Origin: an uncultured Candidatus Saccharibacteria bacterium
GTDB lineage: Bacteria; Patescibacteriota; Minisyncoccia; Phycocordibacterales; UBA918
Direction: 5' to 3'
Length of the DNA stretch: 64,000 nucleotides
Assembly (NCBI GenBank): GCA_964638425.1
Contig: CAZWYM010000006.1
Location: forward strand, 3,054-67,053
Part shown: one piece after another, positions 39,745 through 49,677 of the stretch
Layout: each line of letters begins with the position of its first letter
Position numbering within the stretch: position 1 is the first letter of the stretch
Made by a program: the position numbers and the translations under genes
The notes under the pieces: model-generated
What the model saw: only the letters and a program-made list of their open reading frames with translations
Told to the model about the DNA's origin: nothing
Databases searched by the model: none

Positions 39745-40772
39745 TTTGATTGCCGTTTATTTTCTTGCTCTACTAATTCGATATCCACCTTAACCATCTG
39801 AGTGACAATGTCTTCAAAGGAATACTCTGGGTACCAACCAAGCTTCTCGTGCGCCTTACTTGAATCCCCCTGGATAAAATTAACCTCGGTCGGACGATAA
39901 AATGAGGGATTCACTTTTACAACTATGTTCCCTGTCTTTTTGTTACGACCGATTTCATCTATCCCCTCTCCTTCCCACTCAATACCGATATCAAGATTTT
40001 TTCCAGCGATTTCAACAAATTCACGAACCGAATGCGCAACACCGCTCGCAATTGCGTAATCTTCTGGTGTCTCTTGTTGCAACATGAGGTACATCGCGCG
40101 TACGTAATCTTCTGCATGTCCCCAATCCCGTACAGCATTCAGGTTCCCGAGCTCAAGGACATCTTGAAGTCCTGTAGCAATTCGTGCGAGTGATGACGTT
40201 ATCTTCCTCGTTACGTATTGCGTTCCGCGGAGTGGTGACTCATGATTAAAGAGAATACCTGAAACGGTATACGCACCTTCTCCTCTCTTCGCGACAATAA
40301 AATCTTCATGCGCCTTTGCTTTTGATTCGGCATACGGACTCTGGGGGCTAAAAGGAGTCATCTCATTTTGTGGGGCGGGAACATTACCAAACATTTCACT
40401 CGTCGAAGCTTGATAGATTCGAACAGACGGATTATATAGAAGGGCTTCAGTAACAAGGTTCCCTACCGCATCATAATTCACCGCCCATGTTTCGTCTGGT
40501 TGGGTAAATGACATTGCTACCGATGACTGTGCTGCGAGATTATATATTTCGTCTGGTTGTATCTCACTGAGTATTTGAGCTACACGAACAAAGTCTGTTA
40601 GAGACCCTTCATGGAGTGTAATTTTCTGACTGAGGCGCGCCACTGAAGGAGCGCTCTTCGTTCGGACGAGTCCGTGCACTTCATACCCTTTTTGGAGTAA
40701 AAGCTCTGAGAGATAATACCCATCCTGACCAGCAATGCCTGTAATGAATGCCTTTTTTGGTGCCATATACAT
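39741..40772 (-). CDS. gmd: GDP-mannose 4,6-dehydratase (paralog 3)
   Basis: KKAFITGIAGQDGYYLSELLL, IYQASTSEMFG, SPYAESK, LFNHESPLRG; close paralog of copy 2. Confidence 0.85.
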   Translation of the reverse strand: MYMAPKKAFITGIAGQDGYYLSELLLQKGYEVHGLVRTKSAPSVARLSQKITLHEGSLTDFVRVAQILSEIQPDEIYNLAAQSSVAMSFTQPDETWAVNYDAVGNLVTEALLYNPSVRIYQASTSEMFGNVPAPQNEMTPFSPQSPYAESKAKAHEDFIVAKRGEGAYTVSGILFNHESPLRGTQYVTRKITSSLARIATGLQDVLELGNLNAVRDWGHAEDYVRAMYLMLQQETPEDYAIASGVAHSVREFVEIAGKNLDIGIEWEGEGIDEIGRNKKTGNIVVKVNPSFYRPTEVNFIQGDSSKAHEKLGWYPEYSFEDIVTQMVKVDIELVEQENKRQSK

Positions 40773-40780
40773 AGACTATA

Positions 40781-41875
40781 CTATGACGCCTTTTGGATTG
40801 CATCATTCGAAAAAAGAGTACTCCATTCTTCGCCTGACTTTTCCCAACTGAAGCGTGCGCACTGCTCAGCTGCTGACTTTTTAAATGCTTCTCTATCATA
40901 TGTACCCTCTGCAATTTGCTTCATTGCTTCAGCAATTTCTTGTGGGTAGTGTGGGTCAACGAGGAGTCCTGCGTCTCCAAGGACTTCGCGTGTACTCGTT
41001 GTACTTGAGGTAATAGCAACAGCACCATAATTCAGCGCCTCGAGAATTGGAAGTCCAAACCCCTCAAGAAGGCTCGGGTAGACGAGTGCGGTGGTTGTTG
41101 CGTAGAGAGACTTGAGCTCTTCATCATCTACATTAGTTTTTAGGAGAATGGAGTCTTTGTACTCAGACCCTGAAATGAGCGTCATGACCTTTTCTTCGTA
41201 ATCTCCTTTTGTCTTCCTCCCGACAAGATAGAGTTCATGCGTGAAGTTTGTAGACTGCCGAAATGCTATGTACGCTTCGACAATGCGAAAGACATTTTTT
41301 CGCTCTTTCATTGGACCAACATACATAAAGAACGGCTTCGCTGTGGTTTGTGCAACAACCTCAGACGAAGCGTCAAAAGTTTTAAATCCTGGATATATGA
41401 CTGTTACCTGTTCTGGTTTAATAGAAAAATGATCGACGAGGTCGTCTTTCGATGCTTGTGAAATCACGACGACATGGCGTGCGGATTGCATCATACACTT
41501 CCTCCACCATACAAGAACCTTTCTCTGTATGCGTCCATATACTGTCTGTGAACCGAAGTAAAAATATGCAGCATCAAAGAACACGATGATGCTCTTCTTC
41601 CACAGAAAGAGCGGAGCTGATTCTGTAAAGAATACAAATGCGTCACACTTCTTGTACCACGGCAAAAGCGCGAGGTTCCAAAAAAATGCCTTAGGTAAAT
41701 TAACGACGCGTACATGTGATGGGAGTGAAGATGTGTCAGGATCCCCTTTCACAAACACGGTAAAGTCTACATCGCCATTACCTGAAGTGAGAATGGCGTT
41801 TGTTGTTTCATATATATATTGTTCAAGACCCTTTGATGAATCTCCAAACGGATGTAATACGATTCCAATATGCAT
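40781..41875 (-). CDS. GT4 glycosyltransferase
   Basis: C-terminal EGFGLPILEALNYGAVAITS (GT4 E-x7-E region). Confidence 0.8.
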   Translation of the reverse strand: MHIGIVLHPFGDSSKGLEQYIYETTNAILTSGNGDVDFTVFVKGDPDTSSLPSHVRVVNLPKAFFWNLALLPWYKKCDAFVFFTESAPLFLWKKSIIVFFDAAYFYFGSQTVYGRIQRKVLVWWRKCMMQSARHVVVISQASKDDLVDHFSIKPEQVTVIYPGFKTFDASSEVVAQTTAKPFFMYVGPMKERKNVFRIVEAYIAFRQSTNFTHELYLVGRKTKGDYEEKVMTLISGSEYKDSILLKTNVDDEELKSLYATTTALVYPSLLEGFGLPILEALNYGAVAITSSTTSTREVLGDAGLLVDPHYPQEIAEAMKQIAEGTYDREAFKKSAAEQCARFSWEKSGEEWSTLFSNDAIQKAS

Positions 41876-41956
41876 ACTTTTAAGTATTAATTACTGTTAC
41901 ATACTAGCATGACAGATTAAACCCAACCTTAGTATATTTCGTTCCTAAACAAGGTA

Positions 41957-41984
41957 TTGACATTTAATTTTTAAGTGTTAAAAT
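41957..41984 (+). promoter_or_regulatory. Sigma70-type promoter with extended -10 (TTGACA-16nt-TGtTAAAAT)
   Basis: ttgaca (41957-41962), 16-nt spacer, tg at 41976-41977, taaaat (41979-41984); RBS gaggag 9 nt before ATG 42041. Confidence 0.5.
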
Positions 41985-42040
41985 TTATTTAGGTATGTTC
42001 TGGGCAGTTTCGCCCTGTTTAAACTAAGAGGAGTGGTTGG

Positions 42041-42385
42041 ATGAAAAACGTACTAGTACATATGGTAATGATTCAGTTTCGAAATGACGTTTCGGAAGAA
42101 CAAAAAGCCAAAATTTTACAGCAGTACAGTAGCATCGCAGAAGATTGTGGCGGAAAAGAAGCGGGTATTCTTTTCTTTACGACCAAACCAAATCTTGACC
42201 AAAGAAAAAACTGGCATTTTGCAGAATTTGCCCTCTTTTCAGGTCCTGAAGCTCTTGAAGCTTTTCGTATTCATCCTAAACATAAAGAAATTACGGATGT
42301 CTTGCGAGATACTGCAGACTGGGTGGTCGGCGATCTCTTGGCCGACGCAAGAGAAATTGGGTCGGCTCTAATTGAATTAAAATAA
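42041..42385 (+). CDS. Dabb-type stress-responsive dimeric alpha/beta-barrel protein
   Basis: 114 aa, MKNVLVHMVMIQFRNDVSEEQ...FRIHPKHKEITDV pattern of the Dabb (stress-responsive A/B barrel) family. Confidence 0.55.
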   Translation: MKNVLVHMVMIQFRNDVSEEQKAKILQQYSSIAEDCGGKEAGILFFTTKPNLDQRKNWHFAEFALFSGPEALEAFRIHPKHKEITDVLRDTADWVVGDLLADAREIGSALIELK

Positions 42386-42427
42386 TTTACACGCTTAATT
42401 ATTTTAGATTTATTCAAGGAGACGAAA

Positions 42428-42688
42428 ATGGTATATGGTGATCATGAAATCATATATAAAGAAAGTGGGAGTCGGTCAGTTGAAATAGACGGGCTTGAAA
42501 TTAAGCTTTCTGTCGGAGAACGTACATCAGATGGGTCGGGTAATACATTCGAAGTGGTGTATGTATCAGCAGATTCTGATTCAGCGATAATTATAGGCAC
42601 TGCTTGCACAGAAAGTAGTAACTATAGTAAAAAATTTATCGTTGAGAGTGTAAATAATTATACGGACGGTTGGACTTCTGCGATGTAA
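42428..42688 (+). CDS. Hypothetical 86-aa protein
   Basis: Strong RBS aaggagacgaaa ATG; no recognisable family. Confidence 0.4.
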   Translation: MVYGDHEIIYKESGSRSVEIDGLEIKLSVGERTSDGSGNTFEVVYVSADSDSAIIIGTACTESSNYSKKFIVESVNNYTDGWTSAM

Positions 42689-42695
42689 GCAGCTA

Positions 42696-42730
42696 AAGAC
42701 CTCATGCAAGTATGCATGAGGTCTTATTTT
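42696..42730. terminator. Bidirectional intrinsic terminator
   Basis: aagacctcatgca agta tgcatgaggtctt atttt; perfect 13-bp stem. Confidence 0.6.
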
Positions 42731-43332
42731 ATTACCTCAAGTTCCCACATCACTATCTTCATAGGAAACAAGAGCGAGAGATGTGCATCGTAAAACTTTG
42801 GATACCTCGTGATAAACCACTTAAACAAACGTACAACTGGGTTCCGTGATGTTTGTGGCCATCCAAACCAAAATCCCTTTTCTAAAAAATACTTGTTCGT
42901 GTACTCATAGTTCGCAAGTTTCTTGCCCTGTATGTAGTAATCGAGTGACTGAGAAGTAAAGAAATGTTTATGCGTAGAATCGGTAAACGCATCTGGTGAA
43001 CGAAAATACGGAACGGTGATAACGATTCTCCCTTGTGGTTTCAGTATTCGCCACATCTCCTCCATAACAAGGACTTGCTTATCAAGATGCTCGAAAACAT
43101 TGTGCGCGAAGATGAAATCGAACTCATTGTCTTGAAATGGCCACGGCAAAACATCGAGGTCGTGAACAGTATCGACCCCGGGAAGATTGAGAACATCAAT
43201 CGTTACTGCACCAGGAAGACCCTTCTTCCCTGGGCCAATGTGGAGTGCTCGCTCACCATGCGTAAAGAGATTCTCCTTCGTCATCCCCTTTTTGGTATAT
43301 ATTTTTTGGGCGTATGTCTCACTGCTCGTCAT
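42724..43332 (-). CDS. SAM-dependent methyltransferase (Methyltransf_11-like)
   Basis: ALHIGPGKKGLPGAVTID, FDFIFAHNVFEHL, ILKPQGRIVITVP. Confidence 0.7.
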   Translation of the reverse strand: MTSSETYAQKIYTKKGMTKENLFTHGERALHIGPGKKGLPGAVTIDVLNLPGVDTVHDLDVLPWPFQDNEFDFIFAHNVFEHLDKQVLVMEEMWRILKPQGRIVITVPYFRSPDAFTDSTHKHFFTSQSLDYYIQGKKLANYEYTNKYFLEKGFWFGWPQTSRNPVVRLFKWFITRYPKFYDAHLSLLFPMKIVMWELEVIK

Positions 43333-43344
43333 ATATATGTTTGA

Positions 43345-44505
43345 TTACTGAATTTGTTCTAGTATATGCGTAACAATTGCTTTTGTCCTCTTTTCCCATG
43401 TAAACTCCAAAACACGCGTACGTGCATTATGTGAAAGACGAACTGCTTCCTCCGTATCTCTAAGGATACGTTCTATAACTTCAGCAAGTGACTCATGGTT
43501 GTCCGCCTCAAAAAAGACTGCCGTTTTCTCGTCGAGAACCTCAAGGAGTGACGGGACGTTTGATGCGATAATTGGGTGCTCACTTGCCATATATTCAAAG
43601 AGCTTCATTGGTGAGGTGTAGAGATTGCTATATGTGTACTTTGATGAGTCAGGGAGCACAAACGCATCCGCTCCGGCAAGATATTTTGGTACAGCTACAT
43701 GGTCTACTCTTCCTATGATAGAAATATTTTCTACCTGCCCATACTTTTCACGAAAAGAAGTCACCTGCTCATCAGTACCTCCAAGAAATACTATTTGTGT
43801 ATTTTCTCCGACACGTGGTGCTGCTTGTGCGAGTGTATCGACTCCCTTCTCCGGTGCGAGTGTTCCCGAGTATAAGACAATCTTTTTTGTTGGAGCGATT
43901 CCATGCTCAGTCCAAATATTTTTATCAGGTGTGACTGACTCAAATTTTTTCACATCAACCGCATCTCGAGCCACAAGGATTTTTTGTGCAATGAGACCGT
44001 ATGCTTCCACAAATTTATTTTTTAACCCCTCAGTGATAACGACAACCCCCCGGACTCGTCTGAGCGCAATTTTATAGAGGTACTCATAATTTCGAATTTG
44101 GTGCGTCTCAAAAAAAATAGGAACGATATATGTGAGTGGTATGAGTGCAAGAACTGTTTCTCCGCGCACGTACACCACAAGCTTCTCTCCTCGTACACGT
44201 GCACCTACTACCTTTATGAGTATGTAGAGGGCGGTCAGTATAAAAAATGACGCATTGCGAAAGAAATACCGAAACGGCAACATTGGAATGTCGAGGGTAA
44301 AGAGTTGTATATGTTTGAACGATTGAGCAAGGTGATAGTACTGTGAGAGTGACTTGGTTTCAGTCTTTGGTCTTCGCGTTACCAAGGTAACGTTAACCCC
44401 GCTCGAAGCAAGCCCTTCACACGTATGCGCTATTTGAACACCATTTGCCCGCTCGTTCGGTAACGGGACATTCGCGAAATATACTAATGAAATCTTTTTG
44501 TCCAT
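43345..44505 (-). CDS. GT4 glycosyltransferase
   Basis: PDSSKYTYSNLYTSPMKLFEYMASEHPIIASNVPSLLEVL C-terminal GT4 block. Confidence 0.8.
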   Translation of the reverse strand: MDKKISLVYFANVPLPNERANGVQIAHTCEGLASSGVNVTLVTRRPKTETKSLSQYYHLAQSFKHIQLFTLDIPMLPFRYFFRNASFFILTALYILIKVVGARVRGEKLVVYVRGETVLALIPLTYIVPIFFETHQIRNYEYLYKIALRRVRGVVVITEGLKNKFVEAYGLIAQKILVARDAVDVKKFESVTPDKNIWTEHGIAPTKKIVLYSGTLAPEKGVDTLAQAAPRVGENTQIVFLGGTDEQVTSFREKYGQVENISIIGRVDHVAVPKYLAGADAFVLPDSSKYTYSNLYTSPMKLFEYMASEHPIIASNVPSLLEVLDEKTAVFFEADNHESLAEVIERILRDTEEAVRLSHNARTRVLEFTWEKRTKAIVTHILEQIQ

Positions 44506-44510
44506 AAATA

Positions 44511-46337
44511 TTAATGTGGTGCGGTAATACTAAATCTTCGCGCCCAAATTTGGAATACGATGACTGACCACAGGGGTGCAAGGTGGTACTCGGTGCGTGC
44601 TCGATGCGCCTCATACATTCGCCCTATTTCAGGCCAATTAAAGAGGTGTGCAGTCTCAGGGTAGTACGTAGGGCTAAGTACGGTACTAATATACTCCGCA
44701 ACTTCAGGTCGCCTGAGCCACTTTGCCCCGGGACTTATCCATCCGCGCTTCGGCTGATTGAGAACGTGTGCAGGAAGTCTTCCTTTAAGTGAATCCTTAA
44801 AGACCTTCTTAGTGTCAAAGAAGGTTGTCTTATAGGTAGAAGGAATTGTCCGCGAGAGAATGGCAAAATCAATATCAAGAAGTGGCACACGTTGCTCAAG
44901 TCCATGTGCCATGGACATTTTGTCACTGCGGAGCAACGACTCATCAACGAGCCACGAATTGAGGTCTGCTTGCATCATGTCATCAAGAAATGTTGCTGAG
45001 GTGGTGTTGCTGAAATAGTGTTCTTTGAAGTAAGTATCAGTGTCTGTCGAATGTGGTGTAGCAAGAATACGCGACAAGATATCATCCTTTTGTGAAAGAA
45101 AAAGGAGGTACCGCTCTGACCATGAGTTGACGTTTGCTTTACGTACACGCAGAGGAGCAATCTCCCGTAGCATTTTGGGGAGATGCCAATATGGCAAGAG
45201 GCGCTTCGCAAAACCATGACGCTTGTATCCACCGAATAATTCATCCCCTCCATCTCCACCAAGAACAACGGATACTTCTTTCTTTGCATACTCAGCGAGC
45301 TTGAGTTGAGCAAGTGTCGTGAGGTTGGCCACAGGTTCATCCATGTGCCATACCGATTCTTCTATGAGTGAAACGACATCCTCGCTCTTCAGCATATGTC
45401 CATGGTGACGCGTCCCATAATGTCGAGCGGTCATTTCTGCCATTTCGAAATCGGCGTTAAACTTTCCCGCCTCTTCCCCTGCTTCCAAATCAAAACCAAT
45501 AGAGAAGGTATCAATAGCTCCATGTACACGCGAGACAGCATCAACAACTGCTGTCGAATCAATCCCGCCCGAAAGGTACACCCCAACTGGCACGTCGGCG
45601 ATGAGTTGTCGTTTCACCGATGTATCAAGTGCGTCGCGCACACGCTCATGTATCTGTGAGAGAGATGCACTTGTCGAAAGTGATGCTTGAGGGAGTGTGT
45701 AATACGGAGAGGTGGTAACCACTCCATTTTTAAATACGAGTGTATACCCCGGAAGAAGGCGCTTGATACCAGCAAACAATGTGTCCTCGCCCGGCGTATA
45801 GAGGAGGCGCATGTAGTGCGAAAATGCAGTTGCGTTCATCACTCGTGGGATATCTGATTCAAGGATTGCTTTTATTTCGGAAGAAAAAATAAACTTCCCT
45901 GCATGCATCGTGTAATAGAGTGGCTTAACTCCAAATTGATCTCGCGCGAGAAACAGTTCTTTCTTTTCTGCATCCCAAATTGCAAAGGCAAAAATCCCAT
46001 TAAATCTATTCACACATGCACTACCCCAAGCACGATATGCATTGAGAAGCACCTCTGTGTCCCCTTCTGTCTTGTACGTGTACTCGCTGAGCTCACTTTT
46101 TAATTCTTTGAAGTTGTAGAGTTCACCGTTGTACACAATCGTATAGCGTCCATCATCACTCACGAATGGTTGATTCGCGATTTCACGCACGTCGATAATA
46201 CTCAAACGATTGTGTCCGAGTGTCACTCCCTCTAATTCAGAGATATGAGAACCATCTGGACCTCGGTGCTTTGTCACGAAGTTCATGCGTTCGACGAGTT
46301 CTTTATTTTGTTGTGTTATGCCGTTAATTCCGCACAT
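44511..46337 (-). CDS. Asparagine synthase family amidotransferase (second copy)
   Basis: MCGINGI Ntn start, SGGIDSTAV PP-loop; 608 aa. Confidence 0.85.
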   Translation of the reverse strand: MCGINGITQQNKELVERMNFVTKHRGPDGSHISELEGVTLGHNRLSIIDVREIANQPFVSDDGRYTIVYNGELYNFKELKSELSEYTYKTEGDTEVLLNAYRAWGSACVNRFNGIFAFAIWDAEKKELFLARDQFGVKPLYYTMHAGKFIFSSEIKAILESDIPRVMNATAFSHYMRLLYTPGEDTLFAGIKRLLPGYTLVFKNGVVTTSPYYTLPQASLSTSASLSQIHERVRDALDTSVKRQLIADVPVGVYLSGGIDSTAVVDAVSRVHGAIDTFSIGFDLEAGEEAGKFNADFEMAEMTARHYGTRHHGHMLKSEDVVSLIEESVWHMDEPVANLTTLAQLKLAEYAKKEVSVVLGGDGGDELFGGYKRHGFAKRLLPYWHLPKMLREIAPLRVRKANVNSWSERYLLFLSQKDDILSRILATPHSTDTDTYFKEHYFSNTTSATFLDDMMQADLNSWLVDESLLRSDKMSMAHGLEQRVPLLDIDFAILSRTIPSTYKTTFFDTKKVFKDSLKGRLPAHVLNQPKRGWISPGAKWLRRPEVAEYISTVLSPTYYPETAHLFNWPEIGRMYEAHRARTEYHLAPLWSVIVFQIWARRFSITAPH

Positions 46338-46376
46338 AGGATATCTGTATAACTCCGGTCAATGGTGAAAAGTATT

Positions 46377-47177
46377 TTATGAAAATGTTCGGAGTAGTCG
46401 TCGCGCTCCCGCAAAGACATCATACCCTCCTTTAAGCCAAAGCGTAATGGACGCTAGACTTTGGTTTTTTTCGAATAATGTTCGTGGTATGTGCTTTGAG
46501 AGCTCACCCACAAACGATGACTCTGCTGTATACACGAAGGTGTACCCTTCTTTACGAATGAGTTCCTCAGTTCCCTTTGAATAATCTCTTACTGTTCCAA
46601 ATGGGTATGCAAAGTCCACTATCGGTAACTGAAGGACTTCGGAAAGCCGCTCTTTATCTTTGCGTACCTCGCCCTCTATTTCCTCTTGCTTGAGCGCTGT
46701 TAGGTGTGGGTGGTTCGTGGTGTGTCCTCCAATTGTATGCCCTGCATCCACGAGGGTGCGTGCACCGTCCCATGTCAGGAGAGTTTTCGGAGAAAGTTGT
46801 AACGTATCCTTCACGTACGCGTCGTGGAGTACCCCATCGAGCGGACCGGTATTAAGAAAGAAAATTGCACGAACATCATACTTTTCTAAAATCGGGAGAC
46901 AGATACGTGTCCATGACTCATACCCATCATCAAACGTTAGGAGGACATTGTTCACACCATTCTTAAAATCTCTCACGTGAAACTGTGTCGGAGAAATTAC
47001 TCGTGTTGTTGTTACTAAGAGTTTAATAACAGACTCAAACCATTCTGCATTTTCAACATCATGAAACGCGACGACGCGTACGAGTGGACCCCGGTACCCC
47101 ACCCACAGCCGATACAAAAACACTATCCCTAAAAATGAAATACAGTAAATAAAAATGTTGCGGAAAGTATGCTTCAT
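46377..47177 (-). CDS. Polysaccharide deacetylase (NodB/CE4 family)
   Basis: LTFDDGYESW, IFFLNTGPL, GHTIGGHTTNHPHL. Confidence 0.75.
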   Translation of the reverse strand: MKHTFRNIFIYCISFLGIVFLYRLWVGYRGPLVRVVAFHDVENAEWFESVIKLLVTTTRVISPTQFHVRDFKNGVNNVLLTFDDGYESWTRICLPILEKYDVRAIFFLNTGPLDGVLHDAYVKDTLQLSPKTLLTWDGARTLVDAGHTIGGHTTNHPHLTALKQEEIEGEVRKDKERLSEVLQLPIVDFAYPFGTVRDYSKGTEELIRKEGYTFVYTAESSFVGELSKHIPRTLFEKNQSLASITLWLKGGYDVFAGARRLLRTFS

Positions 47178-48214
47178 ACATTAAAAATTCGATGCGGGAG
47201 TGTTGCGAGCGAGTGCTTCACAACAACCTCATTCTGAAGATTGTGCCTTAGCTCATTATACGCGTCTGATTTCAGATCCCTCAACGTACTCATAACTGCA
47301 ACATATTCCCTACTTTCATCTTTTTCTACACAGAGATGAAACGATTCAAGTATTTCTGCGTAAGCATCCTGTGGTGCAATCGGTACAACCCCATGACTCA
47401 TAGCCTCTAAGACTACCTTATCAATACTTCCTGTCTTCGAAGGATGAAGGAGGATGTCTGCTCCTTCATATATCCCCGCGAGCGCGCTCGCGTCTTTCGG
47501 TCCAGTAAAGGTAATAAAGTCCTGCAAGTCGTACCGCGCGATGAGCTTCTGCACTTCTTCAAAATATGCAGGTTGGATTACGGGACCAATAACTGAAATG
47601 GTAAAAGGGATATTTCTTGTGTGGAGAGTATGCGCAACCTCAACTACACGTTCAAGGTTTTTTACCTGCGTAATTCTCCCTACGGTCACGATACGCAGAT
47701 GACTCTGTATCTCCTTGTCTTTCAGTGTCTCACCTTCAACCGCGATTCCGTGTCCGACCACAAACTTCTTTTTACTCGGTATTCGAAAACTATTTGCTGA
47801 AGCGGTATAAATGCGGTCATTAAAAATTCCAGCTATTCGCCCAACTATGTTTATCTGACCATGTGCCTTCCACCAATAAAATGACGTGCCAAATAATTTG
47901 CGTACGACGAAAAATGGTATCGCAAGGAGATTGTATACGGCACCCATATGGAAAAATACAAAATCGACACGGTCATGAAAAAAGACTTTTCCAAAGAACC
48001 GATAAAATCTAAAAATGTATTTTATACGGCTCTCTCCTGATTCTTTTCCGAGGGAATAGACGGTCACATTTTTAGGGAGTGTATGGGAACCTTCGCGGAG
48101 ACAAATGACATGCACGTGTTCAAAGTGTCCTGCGAATTCGGTTATCCATTCATGAAAAAACCCTAGAATTGGGTCGTTTCGGTCGACTGCTTGGGTACAG
48201 ATAAGTAGTTTCAT
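47174..48214 (-). CDS. GT-B glycosyltransferase (GT4-like)
   Basis: C-terminal HPSKTGSIDKVVLEAMSHGVVPIAP block. Confidence 0.7.
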   Translation of the reverse strand: MKLLICTQAVDRNDPILGFFHEWITEFAGHFEHVHVICLREGSHTLPKNVTVYSLGKESGESRIKYIFRFYRFFGKVFFHDRVDFVFFHMGAVYNLLAIPFFVVRKLFGTSFYWWKAHGQINIVGRIAGIFNDRIYTASANSFRIPSKKKFVVGHGIAVEGETLKDKEIQSHLRIVTVGRITQVKNLERVVEVAHTLHTRNIPFTISVIGPVIQPAYFEEVQKLIARYDLQDFITFTGPKDASALAGIYEGADILLHPSKTGSIDKVVLEAMSHGVVPIAPQDAYAEILESFHLCVEKDESREYVAVMSTLRDLKSDAYNELRHNLQNEVVVKHSLATLPHRIFNV

Positions 48215-48260
48215 CGCTTGAATATAGTGGTTTTTTTACCCTGTATTGTCAATACGCTCT

Positions 48261-49670
48261 TTAACTACCTACAACCATAGAACGTTCTATGCTTTGACGA
48301 TACGCCTCCAGGTAGGCTCCATAATCTTGCTCAATCCGGTCAAAAACAATACTCTCCGCGTTGAGTGAGTATCTTGCTCTGTCTTGGTTTTCATTTAAAT
48401 ACATGTTGATACTATCGGAAACACACTCAATATCAGCAGGAAGACAGAGACGTGCTGATTCGCCGTCCACAAAGAGCTTGCCTGCAAGTCCATCAAGATT
48501 TGCAATGAGTGGAATTTTTGACACCGCCGCTTCAAGGATGAGATCATCTTCTGCACCGTCTTCAGAAAGCTGGATAAAGACCTGCGCTGATTTCATGTAT
48601 GAAACAACTTCCCCAGGCATCGGTAAGAATTCAACTTGCCGTTGTACACCGAGTGCAATTGCGTGACGCTCGAGAAGTGGTCGCTGAGGCCCATTTCCGA
48701 CAATGACGAGTCCAATCGTTGGATATCGATTCAAAAGTTTTGCAGACCCTGAGAGAACTTCCATAGAGTGCGAACTTGGATGCATCGACGAAACATGGAG
48801 AATAATAAATTTAAATTGTGGAAACTTTACCCGTAAGTCCTCCGTTGGTACTAAATTTTTCCACGCATCTAAGTTGTAATAGCTCGGGAGCAATTCGGTT
48901 GTAGCCTCTAATTCATCGTTTTCATGAATAATTGCTTGCCGTTGGAACTCCGTCTTTGTTCGAACACTTTTTACATGCTTAAGAACGTACTCGGTAATCC
49001 ATGCATAGATAACAGGGTGTTCGTGCTCCTCAATAAACGTCTTATCAAAAAAATCTTCATATAAGTGGAGTTGCACTGGGCGTTCGTATTTTTTACCAAG
49101 GAGTGCACCGACGATACCTGATTCGCAAGGGTCTTCTGCAACAATGACATCGGCGCGGAAACCACCACTAAAAACGAGTTGCTCCTCTGCAAGGTGATAC
49201 GCATCGTAGCTCAGCTTCCACCACGAAGCAGAATTGGTTGGGTATATCCATACATTATTGAAGAGGCGCATTGTTGCAGGCGATTCTTGTTTTGTTTTGT
49301 AGTTGAGAACGACGATGTGCACCTCTAGGAAGGATGCACGCAAATCAGCAATTCGTTGATTTGCCATACTTCCCTCCTCTAAGATTGTTTGGTCCTGTGT
49401 AATAAAGAGAAGCCGAACACCTTGTCGGTCTGACACGTAATCAATAAGTTGAGCTTCATTTCGCGCATCACCAACCTCGATACTTGGGTCATTTGCTACT
49501 GGCGCTGGTTCGCTTAATGGAGATTGTGTAACAGGGTTTTGTGGCTGTTCGGCACTCTTCAGTTTTTCATCAACAATAACAAGATCCCCTTCAGGGATTT
49601 CTCCTTCCTGAAGAGCGGAATTAAGCTTATCAGCCTCATTTTGCGAAGGTGCTGACCACCAAGATTTCAT
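48261..49670 (-). CDS. GT4 glycosyltransferase with ~100-aa acidic/Pro-rich N-terminal extension
   Basis: C-terminal QLSEDGAEDDLILEAAVSKIPLIANLDGLAGKLF block; N-terminal low-complexity segment. Confidence 0.65.
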   Translation of the reverse strand: MKSWWSAPSQNEADKLNSALQEGEIPEGDLVIVDEKLKSAEQPQNPVTQSPLSEPAPVANDPSIEVGDARNEAQLIDYVSDRQGVRLLFITQDQTILEEGSMANQRIADLRASFLEVHIVVLNYKTKQESPATMRLFNNVWIYPTNSASWWKLSYDAYHLAEEQLVFSGGFRADVIVAEDPCESGIVGALLGKKYERPVQLHLYEDFFDKTFIEEHEHPVIYAWITEYVLKHVKSVRTKTEFQRQAIIHENDELEATTELLPSYYNLDAWKNLVPTEDLRVKFPQFKFIILHVSSMHPSSHSMEVLSGSAKLLNRYPTIGLVIVGNGPQRPLLERHAIALGVQRQVEFLPMPGEVVSYMKSAQVFIQLSEDGAEDDLILEAAVSKIPLIANLDGLAGKLFVDGESARLCLPADIECVSDSINMYLNENQDRARYSLNAESIVFDRIEQDYGAYLEAYRQSIERSMVVGS

Positions 49671-49677
49671 GCCTCTA

